64,000 nt of DNA from Candidatus Bathyarchaeota archaeon (GCA_963780185.1 CAWABA010000006.1:32001-96000); one strand, 5' to 3'. Positions 30,296-42,601 are shown, counted from the first letter of the stretch. Numbers and translations are program-made. Notes: generated from the sequence alone by a model not told the origin.

Positions 30296-33200
30296 ATGGG
30301 AGTTGGGGGCATCTGCAGGTTGGCTGAGAAAAAGCGTGTTGAAGCTGAATCCACAGAGGATTTGCCTTCTCTTGACGCATCGGGCATCGCCGAGTACATC
30401 CGCTTCGACTGTTGCCCACGCTTTTTCAAACTCCGCTTCGAAGAGAAAGATGAGAAAAAAAATCCTTGGCCTGAAGCCTTCCACAAACCCTTAAGCCCCC
30501 TGCTTTTCACCGCTGGCAAGCAGCTGGAGGAAAAAACGGTTCAGGAACTCAAGTCTAAAGCAGCCGACTACAAAGACTTCACATGCTACGACCCTAAACA
30601 GCAAAAAGAGCGGTGGCCCATCGAGTGGCAAAAATCGCGCCAATCAATAATGGACGTTCTTGGAGACGCTGTTTCAGCCAAAGAAGAAGCAGATTACAAA
30701 CCTGTTTTGATTTATCAAGCGCCTGTAATGGGTCACATCGGCTTGTGGGATGTAAAAGGCATCGCCGACCTAATCAGCGTCTGGCCAAGCAGAACCGGCA
30801 AAGTTAAAGTCCGCATTTTCGAAATCAAATCGTCATGGAAAGAGCAGACGGCGCACCGCATCCAAGTGGCAATCTACGTGCAACTGTTAACTGCAGCTAT
30901 AGGCGAGCTTGCATCCAAGGTCGATTTTGAAGGCGGAGTAATAAACAAAGAATCGGACTTAGAGAATCTTGCGCCAGAGAGCCTGCCTTCTTTTCGTCTT
31001 GACCCCTTAATCCAGGATGTTCAAAGGCTCCTAAGCGTAAACGGGGAGCTTTTCAGAATCCACAAAAAAAACCTCTGCGACGTGGAGTATCAGCTTTCTT
31101 GGCGATGTGACAACTGCGGCTACAACGAATGCTGTGTGGTTCGAGCAGTCGAGAAAGAAAGCGTTGCGCTGCTTAATTTGACTCGGGGCGAGCAGAAGGC
31201 GCTGCGGCTGCATGGGATTTTGCTGCTGGAAGACCTTGCCAAGTTGAAGGCTGTACCCAGGCAAGAGGAGCAAAAACCATACAACTTCAAGGAGATTCGC
31301 GCCTTAGACCCGCAGAACGTGCAGTCCCTGTCCGCTGACCCAATCATCGGCGGCAAGCTTGACAGGCTAATTCAGAGAGCCCAATTCATGCTTTTTGGAA
31401 TCCGTCCCACAAGCCCCTACGCAAACAAAGTTAGGTCGATGCCTTGGCTAACTGGGACAGGCTACGGAACCTTGCCTGAAGACAGCCCGCAGGAAGGCGC
31501 CGACAGTGCACTTCTCTTCAAACCTGACGGCATGATACGCGTCTACTTTCACATTCAATGGGACTATTTGGTAAACATCATTTCAATGATTACCGCCCGC
31601 GTCAGCTGCACACGATACCGCGGCGAACCCATCAGCATCTCCAAAATCGTCAAAGCAATTCCCAAGGAGCAGAAAGACTGCGTAGACGAAGAGCGTAGCT
31701 TGCTGCAGGCGTTCTTCACAGCCTTAACCGAAGCCGTCAACAAAATCGCGGTTGACGTCGGCAGCCCAGATGAAGCCCCCATCCACCTCTACTTCTACAC
31801 ACGCCAAGAACGCGACCACCTAATGGACGCGGTACGACGACATTCTTCTCTAGTGACCGCCTGCGCGGTCCGAGACCTCCTCGGCTTGAGGCAGGCAATT
31901 GACCAGCCCATGTTTTCAATAGTGCAAGACGAAATTTTGCTGAGGAAGGCGGTTGGCTACACGAGCACGGGGCTTTTGCCGGTTCTTAAGCAATCAAGCT
32001 ACTTCAGCAGCAACCAATGGGTAATCAACCGCAAAGACGGCTCACAGCTTGACCTACGCCGCGTCTTCTACGACGGCTTCTTCAACTTTGACATGCCGTA
32101 CACAAAAAACCCCGACGACACCATGGCATTTCTTATAGGACCCGACCTCAGACACAAAGAAGGGTACTATCCAGCCCGCGCCCGCTTCGGAAACCAAATT
32201 CCCATCGAATATCTGTGGGCTGCGAAAGGGCGACTTGACAGCAACCAGGAGAAAGCCCAAGCAAGAATCATGGTGGAGCGGCGCATGTGGTGCGACTTCC
32301 CCCATAACACTCGGAGAATCAGCGACGAAGACTTAACGCTTCTCGGAATGCAGATTTGCATGGCGCTGGAGCATGTTGAGCGGTCTCTAAACATACGGAA
32401 CCGTCGATTAGGCAAGAAACCGATTCCCGTGCCGCAAATTCCCAAGTTCACGCTGGGCAAGGCAACGCTGAAGAGCAGTTGCAGCGAGTTTTTGGATTTA
32501 GAATACTTCGCGAAACGCCAAGAACTCTACCAACATTACTCTTTGCTTCCAACCCAGCGTGTCGCGACGGGCAGGTCAGTGATTTTTGAATGCACAAGCG
32601 CTGAAGAATTGGACCGCGACTTCATCGTCAGAGGCAAAGTAATCTATGAAAGCCTCGGGTTACCCAAATCCGAATGCCTCATCAACGCCTGCCGAATCAA
32701 AGGCTCAGACGAATCAGGCTCAGGCGACTGGATGGTTGCCACGGAAATCAAGAAGAACGAGCAGGGACAGTTTGAGGAAATACAGAAGAAGTCTCCTTCG
32801 CAGCTGGAAAAATCCGCGCTTGTAATTATCGACAAAGTTAACCTGCGCAAAATGGAAATAGCCATTAAAGTGCTCAGTTGGCCCAGCGGGAAAACCCGGC
32901 AGTACCGAACGTGGCACAGCCTCCCAACCACCGACAAGACGAATGCGAAAGACGGCAAACAACAGGTTTTCGAGGCAGGACGAATCTACATTTTGGATGA
33001 GATGGCAGACGACATCATTTCTGAGCGGGCAAAAAAATGCTTAGACCACACCGACGACAACCAGCTGTACTGTTTGCTGGAAGGCTTCTTGGCAGGCACA
33101 AACAAACCCTCCGACCGCACCCCGCTGGCGAGGGATTCCGCGAAGCCTTTCTTGCGTTGGGCTAACGACAGAAGGTTGCCTCCTAAACCCGAGCAGAACC

Positions 33201-34655
33201 GTTTTATCGAGCGGGTTTTCAGCAAAGAGCAGGTTGTTATGCTTCAGGGTCCCCCTGGCACAGGCAAAACCGAAACTCTACAGTTGGCAGTGCTAACTCA
33301 CATTGCTGCTCACAAAGCCTCAGGTAACTGCCGCGTGTTAATGGTTGCACCCACCCACAAGGCAATCCACGAATTTGTCAACAAACTGGCGAAGACCTGG
33401 CAAAGCTACTGCGTGGAAGGCGGCAAAGATTTGGCTAACTTGAGGATTTACAGGGTCGTGAACAGCGAGTTTTCGTCTGGGAAAGCGGTTGACGGTATCA
33501 CATACGTGAACTACAATGAGGATGAAGAGGTTGTCACCGAACTCAAGGGTGCCCTCTCCAGCCAGGGCAGGCTGGTTCATGACGCTGGCGACGATTTTCC
33601 TCTGGTTTTGTGTGTCACGCCGCCGGGGTTGTATGGTCTTATGAAGAAGATCGGCGGTAAAGAGCCGTCTTGGGATGAAGGCTACTTTGACCTGCTTGTG
33701 GTCGACGAGGCAAGCATGATGAGGCTTCCAGAACTGATTCTTTCAGGCGCATTTGTCCACAAAACCGCCCAGATTTTGGTCGCGGGCGACCATCGGCAAC
33801 TGCCTCCGATTCAAGCGCACAACTGGGAAAAAGAGGATCGACGAACCATTGAGGAAATGGCTTCTTTTCTGTCAGCTATGGATTTTCTGCGTTTACTCCG
33901 CCAAGAAGACTTGGGCTTGGAACACATCAAATCAAAGCATAAAGCCGACATACCAACCGAGCGGCTCAGCGAAACCCACCGATGCCACCGAGTTGTTGCG
34001 CAGTTCCTGCGGGACTGGGTGTACAATAAGGACGGGATCGATTTTCGTTCAGACCAAACCCAGACTCTTCACGGCTCCGTCGCTTCAACTGACGGTTTGA
34101 GGGTGGTTTTGGAGCCTGAAAACGTTTTTGTGCTGGTCGTTCACGATGAAGAGGAAAGTTTTCAGTCAAACACGGTTGAGGCTCAAATCGTTAATGCGTT
34201 GGTTCGAGCCGTGAAACCCGAACTGTGTAGGCGTTGTTACTCCGCATAATGCTCAACGGGGCGTCGTCAAGAATCTGCTGGTTGGCGGCTACGAGAACCT
34301 GCGGGTTGACACGGTGGAGCGGTATCAAGGCGGCGAAGCAGACTTCATAATCATATCGTCAACGGTGAGCGACCCCGACTACGTGCGCATCGAAAGCGAC
34401 TTCCTACTTAACCTAAACCGCGTAAACGTCGCCATCTCCCGAATGAAACAGAAACTCGTCATCATCGCCAGCCGATCAATCTTCGAATTCATGCCGCAGG
34501 ACGCAAAAAACTACGACAAAGCGCTCCTGTGGAAGGGCATAGCGCAAACCGTCGGATTCACAGCCAACGGCAAACCCAAATGGCGGGGAACGTTGAGCGA
34601 GTTTTTGGGAAAATCAGCGCAAGAAGTTGAAATCCAAGTTTACACAGCCCAATAA
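30296..34655 (+). CDS. Fusion of RecB/Cas4-like PD-(D/E)XK nuclease and SF1 (DNA2/NAM7/UPF1-like) helicase, ~1440 aa, frameshift near 34220
   Basis: CCPRF, GIADLI...FEIKSS, QVAIY and CDNCGYNECC in the nuclease part. QGPPGTGKT, VDEAS, GDHRQLPP, TVERYQGGEAD and NRVNVAISR in the helicase part. Confidence 0.88.
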
Positions 34656-34867
34656 CTTACAAAAAATATTGGAGTCTATTGTTTAGGTGTTCCTTAAAAG
34701 GGTCTGTTAACTCTTCGGCTCTTAAGAGTATTTGGGAAAGGTCTGTTAACCAGAGGCACTTTTAACAAGGCGAAAAACACCTGCAGATTTAGACTTGCCT
34801 TGTTGTTCAAAAGAAGAAAAAAACGAAAAACTTAAAACTGAATTGACTCAGATAAAACTGAGTAAAA

Positions 34868-35179
34868 ATGACAGTCTTAGGAAGAGACACAAGTTCGGAT
34901 GGCTTTGAGATTACTATTTATGATTATGGAGGGATGAAAGAGCCGAAGTCATTTCTGACCATGAGAATAACGAATTTCAAAATAACTGAGGACTGGACTA
35001 TCTATATTCCTAATTCACTTAACTATGAAGCAGTCGCAAAAGAAATTGTAGATGTATTAAAGTTTGAATTAAAGAAAACATTAAAAACTATCGGTAAAAA
35101 AACATCAGTCACCTCTGTTAATATAAACGGGCAAATATTTGAAGTTAAACGTCGTTCAGTAAATTTTGCGATACGATGA
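34868..35179 (+). CDS. AT-rich hypothetical protein
   Basis: Open 103-aa ORF with an ATGA overlap to the next gene. Confidence 0.5.
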   Translation: MTVLGRDTSSDGFEITIYDYGGMKEPKSFLTMRITNFKITEDWTIYIPNSLNYEAVAKEIVDVLKFELKKTLKTIGKKTSVTSVNINGQIFEVKRRSVNFAIR

Positions 35180-35851
35180 TGGTAAGCTTCATGGGGATTG
35201 TGGTAAAAAAATTTTCCTTTAATGTTTTGGACCTTCCCAGAGGTTCTAAGGGACATATCGGCGAGTTCATTGCACAATATCTCTTTGAAAGAAATATCGG
35301 CGAAATTACGAAGGATTTCAGGCTTATTAATATGACCAGCGGAGACGGTTTTTATCTGCAAGTGGGTTGTGTTAACTATGAATTTCGAATGTTTCAACAT
35401 TATAAAAGTGACCAAACCGAGCGAGCACAAACTCTTTTAGCTCAAATAATTAAGGAAAGATACAGGACGATTGTGGAACGGCTAGGCACAAATCCTTTTT
35501 CCGTTGAAGACTTCAAATTTTTAGAAGAAAGAGTTGTAGCGCATGGTAAACGAGTTGTAACCGGTGATGGCGAAATTTTTAATGTTCCCTATGATGATGG
35601 AACTCCGAATAGGAGAGGTCCTCCTGCTTTTGACTACTGCGGTGTTGAAGTAAAGACGGGGCAAAAGGTGTTGGTTGATGTAAAAAACAGAATGGCACGA
35701 CAAGCTGCCAGAGGGAGAACTAGAATTTACATCTTCACCGAATGAACTACAGATAACTAAAGACGCTCAGAAGTTAGGCTTTAAGGTTTACCACATTCAA
35801 ATACTTCTTTCCACAACATGGCAGGTTGCCGTTAACATTATACAACTATAG
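35176..35851 (+). CDS. PD-(D/E)XK nuclease-like protein (DUF3883/NOV-C-like), frameshift in an A-run near 35685
   Basis: KGHIGEFIAQY, FDYCG and LVDVK; the alternative frame continues TEW...FTSSPNELQITKDAQKLGFKVYHI to TAG 35851. Confidence 0.6.
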
Positions 35852-36165
35852 GGTCTTTGAGCCCGCGCTATTTGCATAGACCTTGAGTTAGCATTCATGT
35901 GAGTTTCTTCTTAAAAGATTTGGGTAAGATTGCTGTTACAACCCTTTTTTGTTTTTATTATCCTATTTTATTCTAACACTCTGTTTTAATTCGCATTTCG
36001 TATTCTTATTCTGTTATTATGCCTTTCTCAATGAGCAAAGTCAACTAAGCAACAAACCTGTTATTGTAATTGTTTTTGCTGATGGGGGGAGAGAGTATGA
36101 GTGAGTGTAAGATTGAAAGTAGTAGTCGTTAGTAGGTAGTTCGTAGTCGTGTTTTGGGTTTGGGG

Positions 36166-36193
36166 ATTTGGATCATCTAGAAAACCTCTACGG
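36166..36193 (+). repeat. Dispersed repeat copy 1 (ATTTGGATCATCTAGAAAACC + core)
   Basis: 21 bp identical to 52553-52573. Confidence 0.8.
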
Positions 36194-36306
36194 GTAGTTG
36201 GACGAAAAAAGAAAATTTAGATCTATTATTGTTGATGAAGGAGTATTTTCTTCTTTTCTGAAATCTTAATGTCTATTGAAACAAAAGAAAGAAAGATTGG
36301 AAGGGT

Positions 36307-38362
36307 TTAGTTTAGGTTTACTTCTGCGATTTGCGTCAGGTCGCTTAGGTTGGTCAGTTTGACTTCGCTGTTTGCGATCGTGTACAGTGTGTTGCCGATG
36401 TAGAGTGCGCGTGTTATTGGTCATTTTGGTTGTCGTATGTAGTAGAAGCCTGAGTTTTCGTTTATGAATCCGTCGTTGCCAAGCATCGTCGCGTTGAGGT
36501 TCGTCACTGTGCCTCTAAGTGTGAATCCGCTTGTGGAGTCAACTTTGAAGACGTATGCTCCCTGCCACATTTCTGAGTTCATAATGATTGCTGGCGGGCT
36601 AACCACAGGCGTAGATCCTGTGAAGACCTACTTTGGCGGGCACTGGAACTGTGGAGTTGTTGGATTCTGTGTAGGTTTGTATCATAGTTTTTATTGAAAC
36701 GGGGATGACTAAGAGCTGCTTCTCCAGGCTGAAGAGGAACGCGTGTGGGTCGTTTTGGGCGGTTGACGAGGTGTAGTTGCCTGCGACGACGTAGTTTGCT
36801 ACTTCCGTTGGGTTGTTTATGTTTGAGACGTCGAAGAGCGAGAGCTTAAGGTTGATGTTTTCGTTTCCGTTGACGATAGTGGTTTGCGACCCTACTCCGA
36901 TAACGTGGTTTGCGTCATACGGGTAAAGGTAGCTTGAGTAACCTGGGATTTTCAGTTCGCCAGCAACTCTGGGTGCCTGCGGGTTGCTGAGGTCAATTAC
37001 GAAGAACGGGTCAGTTTGATGGAACGTTACAAGGTAGCATGTGTCGCCTATGAAGCGGGCGGCATAGATGTTTTCTCCTGGCGCCATGTTTTCCAGTTTG
37101 CCGACAATGGTCATATTCATGTTGAGCACGTAAAGGTTGTTTTGCTGGTTTTGATTGAACGAATGAACCCGAGCTTGTGGTGGTTGCCACTCTAAAGTAG
37201 CCGTTGTATTCATCCATGGAGTATTGGTTGATGATGTAGCCTGGCACTGAACCTTTGGCTTGGAAGGTTAGGTTTTGCCCGCTGATTCCTACTCGGTAGA
37301 TTGCTGTGTCTTGGCCGTTTCGGGGCAGGTTATGTACATGTTGTTTTGCGAAACGTACATGTTGCTTGTGCCGCCCATCATGATAGTCATGTTTGAAGGC
37401 GCCTGAGAAGCGTCTGACAGGTTCAGGCCGACAAAGGTGGTGTAGGTGAAGTAGGTGTTGTTTAGGTCAGTGTAGTAGATGCTTGGAGGCATAATGGTGG
37501 AGGATATAGCGTTGTTGTAGACGGTTGGCAAAACAACGTGTGCCGTTGTATAGGTTTGCGGGTTGGCTGATAACAACGTAAACTTCGTTGCCTATCATTC
37601 TGGAGTCAAAGTAGCTGCCGCTCATCGTATAATTGTATGCCAGAATTGGCGATGCCTTGTTCGTCACATCAAAAATGTAGACAAAGCTTGAAACCCCATA
37701 ATTAGCGTACCCAGGGTAATAGGGCAGTTTGAACCACCCGCAATCATAACCATCGGGTAAACAATCATGTTGGCGTAGTTGCTTCCCACAACCACCAAGG
37801 TATTGCCGTTTTGGCTCAGGTACATGCCAGCCAAACTGGTGTTGTTGCCCAAAGCAATCTTTGAAACCACCGCTGGGTCCTGCGGATTAGCGTTTACAAT
37901 GTAAACGTTATTTTGGGATTGCGCAGCCCAATCCTGATTTATCGTGTAGAGGTATTGCCCGTCAGTTTTAACTGTGTCAGCTTCATCTACCCCTGCAACT
38001 TGAACGTTGGTTGTCGAGTAACTGATATTGGTTTCCGCTGGAAGTCCCCGTGGTTGACGCGGCTGCTGGCGCAAGCGCATTTGTCGGGCTTGCACGTTTC
38101 GTACTGTGTAGTATTGGGAATCTAAGGGTCCGCCTGTGAAGTTGCTGGCGGCGTTGGCGTTAGCTGCAAGGAAATTTTTCATTTCAGTGATGGAGCTGAA
38201 GACTTTCAGGGGCGAAACATTTGCGGTTGAAACGAGCACTGTTGTTGGGTTGCTAATGGTGTAGATTGCCGAAACCAGTACGATGGCTGAGAGTATTGCG
38301 ATTAATGCGTAGATTCTTGTTTTCTTCTTTATTTCTTTTTGAACCATACTTTTTATCTCCAT
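36307..38362 (-). CDS. Secreted beta-propeller domain protein (Beta_propel family), several frameshifts
   Basis: YSTTNVQVAGVDEADTVKTDG, SRMIG, NQYSMDEYNGYFRVATT, GENIYAARFIGD, VTFHQTDPFFVIDL and GELKIPGYSSYL. Confidence 0.88.
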
Positions 38363-38421
38363 TATAGGTATATTGGCGCTTGTTATTTGATGCTAAGCAC
38401 GCGAACAGCCTGTTCTAAATG

Positions 38422-38865
38422 TTAGAATGGGCGCATGTTCCATACTCGATAAGCCTCATACCAGAAGATGGTGCAGACGATTGCTCCGAACGAAAGTATG
38501 AACAGGTTGTTGCGGGTGAAACCGTCGAACAGAACCGCGACGTAGAGAGCGAGAAACACGGTTGAGAACAGGGCGTAGAAGAAGTATCTTGGGAAAAGCA
38601 GCCTGCCCAACTTGACAAAGTGGCGAACCACGCCGATTTTTACTTCACCAACCAGCAGGTAGCGACCGCTAACCTCCTCTTTCTGCACCAAACCCAACTC
38701 ACGCAGCTGCTCCAAATGATGAAACGCGATGCTGGGACTGCTAAAATGAAGGGCACGCTGAACTTCGCGGACGCCTGCCGGCGCTGCCGTTTTTAAGCAA
38801 AAACCAGTAAACTTGCCATGCTTTGCCTCGTAACGAGTACTCAAGCTCGGTTCCATCGCTTCCAT
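38422..38865 (-). CDS. Membrane-bound winged-HTH transcriptional regulator
   Basis: GVREVQRALHFSSPSIAFHHLEQLRELGLVQK followed by two C-terminal TM helices. Confidence 0.8.
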   Translation of the reverse strand: MEAMEPSLSTRYEAKHGKFTGFCLKTAAPAGVREVQRALHFSSPSIAFHHLEQLRELGLVQKEEVSGRYLLVGEVKIGVVRHFVKLGRLLFPRYFFYALFSTVFLALYVAVLFDGFTRNNLFILSFGAIVCTIFWYEAYRVWNMRPF

Positions 38866-39037
38866 TCAATCAGCTGAACCTCAACGGGAACATACAGGGA
38901 GTGGCATATAAGTCCAAGCATTAGAACAGAACAGCAACGACTCTTTTTGAAAGAGGAGCAAGTGAATTAAAGTTTAGAACACTCCTTTGTTCTTGCCAGC
39001 CGAATTTCCTGCTCCAAGCAGGCTTAAATTTTCTGTT

Positions 39038-39598
39038 TTAGGCAATTAAGGCTGGGAGAAGTTCATCTGGAATAAAGCTGTCGTTCGAGCTTCCCTCGTA
39101 AAAGTACAGTTGGCGGTAAGAAACGTCCCAAGGTTGGCCTCTCTGCGCATCCACTACTCTAAATACGCCTTGGCTTGTTTGCAGTGAAAGCGAAATAATG
39201 AATCTTGTGCTGTTGACTATTGTGAAGTGGGCCTCGACATTTTTTTCTTGGTGCCCGCCGAGAGTAAACGCAAATTTAGCTGCTGAATTGCCGACCTGCT
39301 GATAGGGCATCGGGGTATCCGTCGAGAAGGAAGCACCGTTGAAAGTGACGGTGATTTCGAAGGTTGCGGGCATGAAGCCGCTGTTTTTGCAGCCGATGGG
39401 GATAAAACAGCCATTTACTGACGCATTGGTCGCGTAGTTGATGGTTACCCAGTTACCGGCGACCTTTTGATATTTGTAGTTTGTATCAATCCAGAAATCT
39501 ACATCCGGCATTATGAATAACCAAAAAATGGAGCTTCCCGCCACGGTGGCAATCAAGATGATGGCTGCCGCCAATAAAGCCGCCCGCCTCTTTTTCAT
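39038..39598 (-). CDS. Membrane-anchored hypothetical protein
   Basis: MKKRR plus a TM helix, then a beta-rich domain with sequons. Confidence 0.65.
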   Translation of the reverse strand: MKKRRAALLAAAIILIATVAGSSIFWLFIMPDVDFWIDTNYKYQKVAGNWVTINYATNASVNGCFIPIGCKNSGFMPATFEITVTFNGASFSTDTPMPYQQVGNSAAKFAFTLGGHQEKNVEAHFTIVNSTRFIISLSLQTSQGVFRVVDAQRGQPWDVSYRQLYFYEGSSNDSFIPDELLPALIA

Positions 39599-40008
39599 GC
39601 CTTTTCCTCAACGTTTCCCCTATGGGGTTCGCTGTTCACTTAAATCTAATGTTTAGAACAACTGATGCACCAAACCCGTCCGTGCAAAACATCTTTGCCC
39701 AAAGCCAACCCATTTGAAGCAAGGTTTTGTCTTTTCAGGTTTAATGTCCCGCTGTGCTGTATAGGACGCGGTTGCCGCATTTCTGGCATTCATAATAGAT
39801 TATTATTTTTTGGCTGTTGCGTACAGGCTTCATTTTCTCGTAACAATCTGGGCAAAGAATTTTTCGGTTGGCAGGCTTAGGGTTCATAAAATCTAACCTG
39901 TTCGCAGTCGATATAACTTTTACCTAAAAAAGCCTTTTTTTTATCTAAAACAAACAAAGAAAAAAGATAGAATGGGGGGAGGAGGGAAGAACCGCTTTGT
40001 TGCGTTCT

Positions 40009-40662
40009 TTAAGTTTGGGTTTTGTTGGCTGTTTGGCCCGTGGGCATTCCTGGGGGTAGGTCTGGGAAGTTTTGGCTGACTCTTTGTTCTGCGACGGTTG
40101 CTGCTTCAGATAGGATTTTTGCTGCGTCTTCGTTTACGTTCTCGAAGTTCAGTGACATTCCGCTGCTTGTTCCTGCTTCAAACATTAAGCCGCTTAGCAT
40201 GTCGCCGATGCTGCCGAGTTCGCCTTCTGCTTCAGGCAAAACACCGCCAAGTCCAGTGCTGACACTGCGCAATACGCCTATGCATGGCCCCAAAGTTGCG
40301 ACGACGTCGCCCAGTTCCGAGACAGTTTTTATGCGTAGCGAAATTTGGTCGAGTGCAAGCCTTGCGTTCATGATGATTTTTCCCATCTTGCGTATTTCAG
40401 CCAATTCGGTTGCGTAGATGTTGGCGTGGGGTGTGTCGTGGTGTGTGTATGCATCGACTAGTTTGGCGAATAATGCTCTGTCTTTCTGTGTGAAGCGGTC
40501 GTTTGCTTGGTCAAGCTTGGCGATTTGCATGTCTAATTTTCTAACAGCCATGTCCAATGCGGGTTTCAGCGGCGGGGGTGGTGTAATTGTGTTTTTTATG
40601 GTTGTGCCGAATGATTCTCCTTCTTTTTTCTGTTCCCATTTCTTAGCGAAATTTTCAGACAT
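40009..40662 (-). CDS. ESCRT-III / Snf7 (CdvB-paralogue) protein
   Basis: QIAKLDQANDRFTQKDRALFAKLV, ANIYATELAEIRK, LDQISLRIKTVSELGDVVATLGP, EDAAKILSEAATVAEQ and C-terminal FPDLP. Confidence 0.88.
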   Translation of the reverse strand: MSENFAKKWEQKKEGESFGTTIKNTITPPPPLKPALDMAVRKLDMQIAKLDQANDRFTQKDRALFAKLVDAYTHHDTPHANIYATELAEIRKMGKIIMNARLALDQISLRIKTVSELGDVVATLGPCIGVLRSVSTGLGGVLPEAEGELGSIGDMLSGLMFEAGTSSGMSLNFENVNEDAAKILSEAATVAEQRVSQNFPDLPPGMPTGQTANKTQT

Positions 40663-40940
40663 GTTAACATCCTTCGTTGTGTTTCATGCAGCGGAAGCCG
40701 CTTTTAATTGTTTTTAACATGCGCATATATATGTAGAAAGAAAAAACGGTTTTTTTGGCGAATTTCTAAACTGCGCCTCGCTAAAGTAGAGTAATTTGCA
40801 ACTTTTAGGCAGACAGCTTTGCATCTTGCAGGTTTTTTGCTATCCTTAAGATTGGTTTTGCGGTAATTACTTTGGGAAATCGGGTTTGGGAAACATTAAA
40901 ATGATATATGGCGTCCTATCTTAGCATGCGTTAGCTTACG

Positions 40941-42246
40941 GTGAACTGCTTGAGTGACAATTACGCACCTTTAGTCGGGGACAATTACGCTCCTGAAAAA
41001 ATCCGTGTAATCATACCTGTCGGCGGAAAAGCAACGAGGCTGCTGCCGTTGACGGCTGAAACAAGCAAAGCCTGCCTGCGTTTGCTTAACAGGCCGCTGG
41101 TTGAGTTTTCGCTTCTGTCGCTGGCAAACCAGGGCATACGCAACTTTATCTTCGGCGTGAAAGGCTACACGAACTACCGCGACCTCTACGACTACTTCGA
41201 GTCAGGCTACGGATTCAGCGCACGCTACAACATCAAACCGCGAATCCACATTAAATATCAGCCTAACGTGGACGATTTAGGAAGCGCAGACTCCGCCAGA
41301 ATAAACATGGATTACTATGAGCTCAGCAACCCCGTTTTTGCAGTTCAGGGCGACAACATCTTCGACGTTAACCTGAAAAGTCTCATTGACTTCCACAGGG
41401 AAAAATGCTCCACCCTAACCATCGTCCTGCGCGAGGTCGACAACGTCGAAGGCTTGGGCATAGCTGACATTGACAAGACACGGCCGCATTTGCCGCTTCG
41501 TCGAAAAACCCAAACCGAAAGACGCACCCAGCAACCTAGCCAACACGGGACTGTACGTGCTTTCGCCCGAAGTGAAGAAGATCTTCAAGGAGAAGGGCAT
41601 CCAACAAATCGTCAAGGAGAAAAACCGTTTAGACTTCGGTTATGACTTCATTCCCTACGTTATCGAGACCGGACGCCCAGTTTACGGCTACACGCTGAAA
41701 GGCAACTGGTTCGACGTGGGCACACCCAAAAGCTACTTGGACGCCATGAAGAAGCTGCTGTACGGCGGCTTCCCCGCCATAAGCGATTTCGGAGGACGCT
41801 TAGATGACGGAAGCCTCGTATGGGTACAGGGCGAAAGCGGCGACTCAACAAAGCGCAGGCAAGAAATCATCCAGAAGATCAAGCAGAAGAAAATCACCCT
41901 TGAAGGCGCGGTCTTGATCGGCAGGCACTGCGAAATCGACGACGGCGCAAGAATCGTTGATAGCTGCATCGACAACTTCACCAGAATAGGCAAGAACGCT
42001 TTGGTGGTTAACTCATCCATTATGGACAGGGTAATCGTGGGCGAACACGCTGAAGTCTACGACAGCATCGTGGGAAGGCACGTAGTTATCCACTCGAGCC
42101 AGCGTTGCCAAACCAAAATCTCAGGCGTCTCCGTCATAGCCGACGACGTCACGCTGGAAGAAGGCTGCAGCATCGTAGCCTCAAAAATCTACCCACACCA
42201 AACAATAAGGGGCGAATTCCAGAACCAAACAATAATAGCGAATTAA
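40941..42246 (+). CDS. Sugar-phosphate nucleotidyltransferase (NDP-sugar synthase) with left-handed beta-helix, frameshift near 41480
   Basis: PVGGKATRLLPLT, QGDN, FVEKP, NTGLY, WFDVGTP and a hexapeptide-like tail. Confidence 0.88.
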
Positions 42247-42333
42247 TCTCCCTGCCCTAACTTTCTTCTCAACGGTGCACACTGATAGGTAATCTTATTA
42301 GGTGATCCGAACAGTGTGTTATTGGTAACCTTT

Positions 42334-42576
42334 ATGAGTGAACAAGTCAAGGTGCTCCAAAAGGGCAAAATTACAATCCCCGCGAACGTCAGGCAAAAAC
42401 TCGCCATAAAGGAAGGCGACTGTTTGAAATTGGAAATAATAAATAACAGGCTGGTCATATTGCCCCCGAACACTGTTCCTAACCCAACCGAAGCACTCAG
42501 GAGTTTAGGCAAAGGAACGAAAAAACAGGGGTCATATAAAGCAACAATTGTTAGCGGCCTCAGCGGCAGGTATTGA
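42334..42576 (+). CDS. vapB: AbrB/MazE-type antitoxin (VapB)
   Basis: KGKITIPANVRQKLAIKEGDCL; lies directly before a PIN toxin. Confidence 0.8.
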   Translation: MSEQVKVLQKGKITIPANVRQKLAIKEGDCLKLEIINNRLVILPPNTVPNPTEALRSLGKGTKKQGSYKATIVSGLSGRY

Positions 42577-42601
42577 GGAAAAGCTATCGAGGGCCAAGTA
42601 G

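Larger units (their letters stand above)
38411..39660. promoter_or_regulatory. Recurrent (T)TTAGAACA boxes upstream of three co-oriented genes
   Basis: TGTTCTAAA at 38411, TTAGAACA at 38921, TTTAGAACA at 38973 (with TGTTCT at 38988) and TTTAGAACA at 39652. Confidence 0.5.

Noticed and set aside
34695-34755. GGTCTGTTAAC direct repeat as IS terminal repeats
   Set aside because: No transposase, no clear inverted partner and no target-site duplication, so it is not called as a mobile element.
10246-40830. TGCATCTTGCA shared by the nurA/wHTH intergenic region (10246) and the region upstream of ESCRT-III (40820)
   Set aside because: A single 11-bp match is expected by chance at this scale; too weak to claim co-regulation.
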